From contig JBAYHC010000001.1 in NCBI GenBank assembly GCA_041666325.1, positions 329,708-393,707 of the forward strand: DNA of 64,000 nt, written 5' to 3'. This DNA comes from Patescibacteria group bacterium. Its GTDB lineage: Bacteria > Patescibacteriota > UBA1384 > XYA2-FULL-43-10 > 1-14-0-10-43-13. Below the pieces are notes generated by a model. The model saw only the letters and a program-made list of their open reading frames with translations. It searched no databases and was not told the origin of the DNA. Within the stretch, counting starts at the first letter, position 1. Each line of letters opens with the position of its first letter. Position numbers and translations under genes: made by a program. Positions 63,086 through 64,000 of this stretch are shown here, one piece after another.

Positions 63086-63757
63086 GTGAAGATGATAAAA
63101 CTTTTTGATTTGTTCACAGATAACAGGGCTGGGGCAAATAAGGACATCGAAGCAATAAAGATAACAATACGAGCCTATGATCAGAATGAAGCAGAATATA
63201 GCGATTACCATCTCGACAGAATCCTTGGAATCAAGAGTAACACGATAGAATCAAAAATTCGCCAAAGGTCTTTGAGTCAAAAATACGGATTCGAACAATT
63301 TACATATCAGGGCACTCCGTATGGCTACATCCGTGAGCTCCTCCAGGTTACAAAGCCTGGAAGCGATGACATTTTTTACGATCTTGGATCTGGATATGGC
63401 CGGCTTCCCTTATATGGCGCAATCACCACGGAGGCAAAATATATTGGGGTTGAAATTGTCGCCGAACGAATAAGGATGTGCCAGCAAATCAAAAGCAGGT
63501 TCAAACTCAGTAACGTTGAATTTATCCAGGACAACGTGCTGAATGTCGATTATGCTGACGGAACCATCTTCTTCCTCTTCAATCCATTCGCCGAGCCAAC
63601 ACTAGAGCGAGTTGGCAGAGAGTTAGAACAGATTGCCAAAAGAAAAAAGATCACCATTGCCACATGGGGAGGCAACTCAGACGACTATTTCTGGCAACAA
63701 TCATGGCTTGAGTCAGCTTACAAAGGAAAGAGAATTATCATCTTTAAATCACTCTAG
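63086..63757 (+). CDS. Class I SAM-dependent methyltransferase-like protein (DOT1-like motif arrangement)
   Basis: Motif I FYDLGSGYGRL, acidic residue at the end of beta2 (IGVEI), FLFNPF motif. Confidence 0.5.
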   Translation: MKMIKLFDLFTDNRAGANKDIEAIKITIRAYDQNEAEYSDYHLDRILGIKSNTIESKIRQRSLSQKYGFEQFTYQGTPYGYIRELLQVTKPGSDDIFYDLGSGYGRLPLYGAITTEAKYIGVEIVAERIRMCQQIKSRFKLSNVEFIQDNVLNVDYADGTIFFLFNPFAEPTLERVGRELEQIAKRKKITIATWGGNSDDYFWQQSWLESAYKGKRIIIFKSL

Positions 63758-64000
63758 ATATTAGTGGCCTGCGATAGACAGTACCCGCCACTATTTATCT
63801 AACGGCCTTGTAACGCTTTGTATCATAATCACATTTCCTTAAATCTTGTTATAATAGAGATGGTGGAAAAAGATGAAGTCAAATCCTGCAACAAACACGA
63901 TGAAGCATAAGATAGCCTGGCTATTACTTGGCCACTTCATGTTAACCCACTCGGTCGCACTAAGGTGCGACTTTTTGTTTAATAATTTCCGTTAAAACTA

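Overview
The window is a dense, almost entirely minus-strand stretch that looks like a small-genome, probably host-associated bacterium of the CPR/Patescibacteria type; this placement is an inference from gene content. Supporting content: four type IV pilin-like genes, very large cell-surface proteins, an L,D-transpeptidase, anaerobic ribonucleotide reductase NrdDG, many nucleotide-salvage and housecleaning enzymes, and no biosynthetic operons. Recognisable genes are lepA, a MacB-type ABC fusion, a 15.5-kb giant surface-protein gene (5188 aa) with LamG, beta-helix, Calx-beta and FN3-like modules, nfo, a nucleoside 2-deoxyribosyltransferase-like gene, a metallophosphoesterase, murJ, ftsH, tilS, an FtsB-like gene, a 939-996 aa Ig-like surface protein, a CAP-domain protein, a YkuD L,D-transpeptidase, a membrane-anchored Clp-type AAA+ ATPase, an RRM RNA-binding protein, a ZIP transporter, xthA, an HD hydrolase, a MazG-like gene, a GIY-YIG nuclease, a GNAT, nrdG and nrdD, an HEXXH metallopeptidase, three more prepilins, and a roughly 10.6-kb copper-homeostasis island (csoR, an HMA/TM/cupredoxin fusion, copZ, two P1B ATPases, an embedded FtsX/ABC pair). 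Four tRNAs are present: Lys-UUU and three with CAU anticodons, which I read as elongator Met, initiator fMet and probable Ile2. No CRISPR array, IS element or rRNA was seen. The most unusual observations are the copper island's non-canonical parts, a duplicated tRNA-fMet 3' end flanked by twin hairpins, a Cys-less CsoR-family paralog next to a cluster of DnaA-box-like inverted repeats, a translationally coupled ExoIII-HD-MazG-GIY-YIG operon with a GC-rich palindromic leader, and near-identical ~600-bp repeats inside the giant gene. The copper island's non-canonical parts are a CPD-motif ATPase with a His/Met-rich N-terminus, an ATPase with a ninth TM and a duplicated C-terminal domain, an unannotated Met-rich 43-aa membrane peptide, and an HMA-TM-2x cupredoxin fusion. 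All functional calls rest on motif recognition by eye, with no database search.
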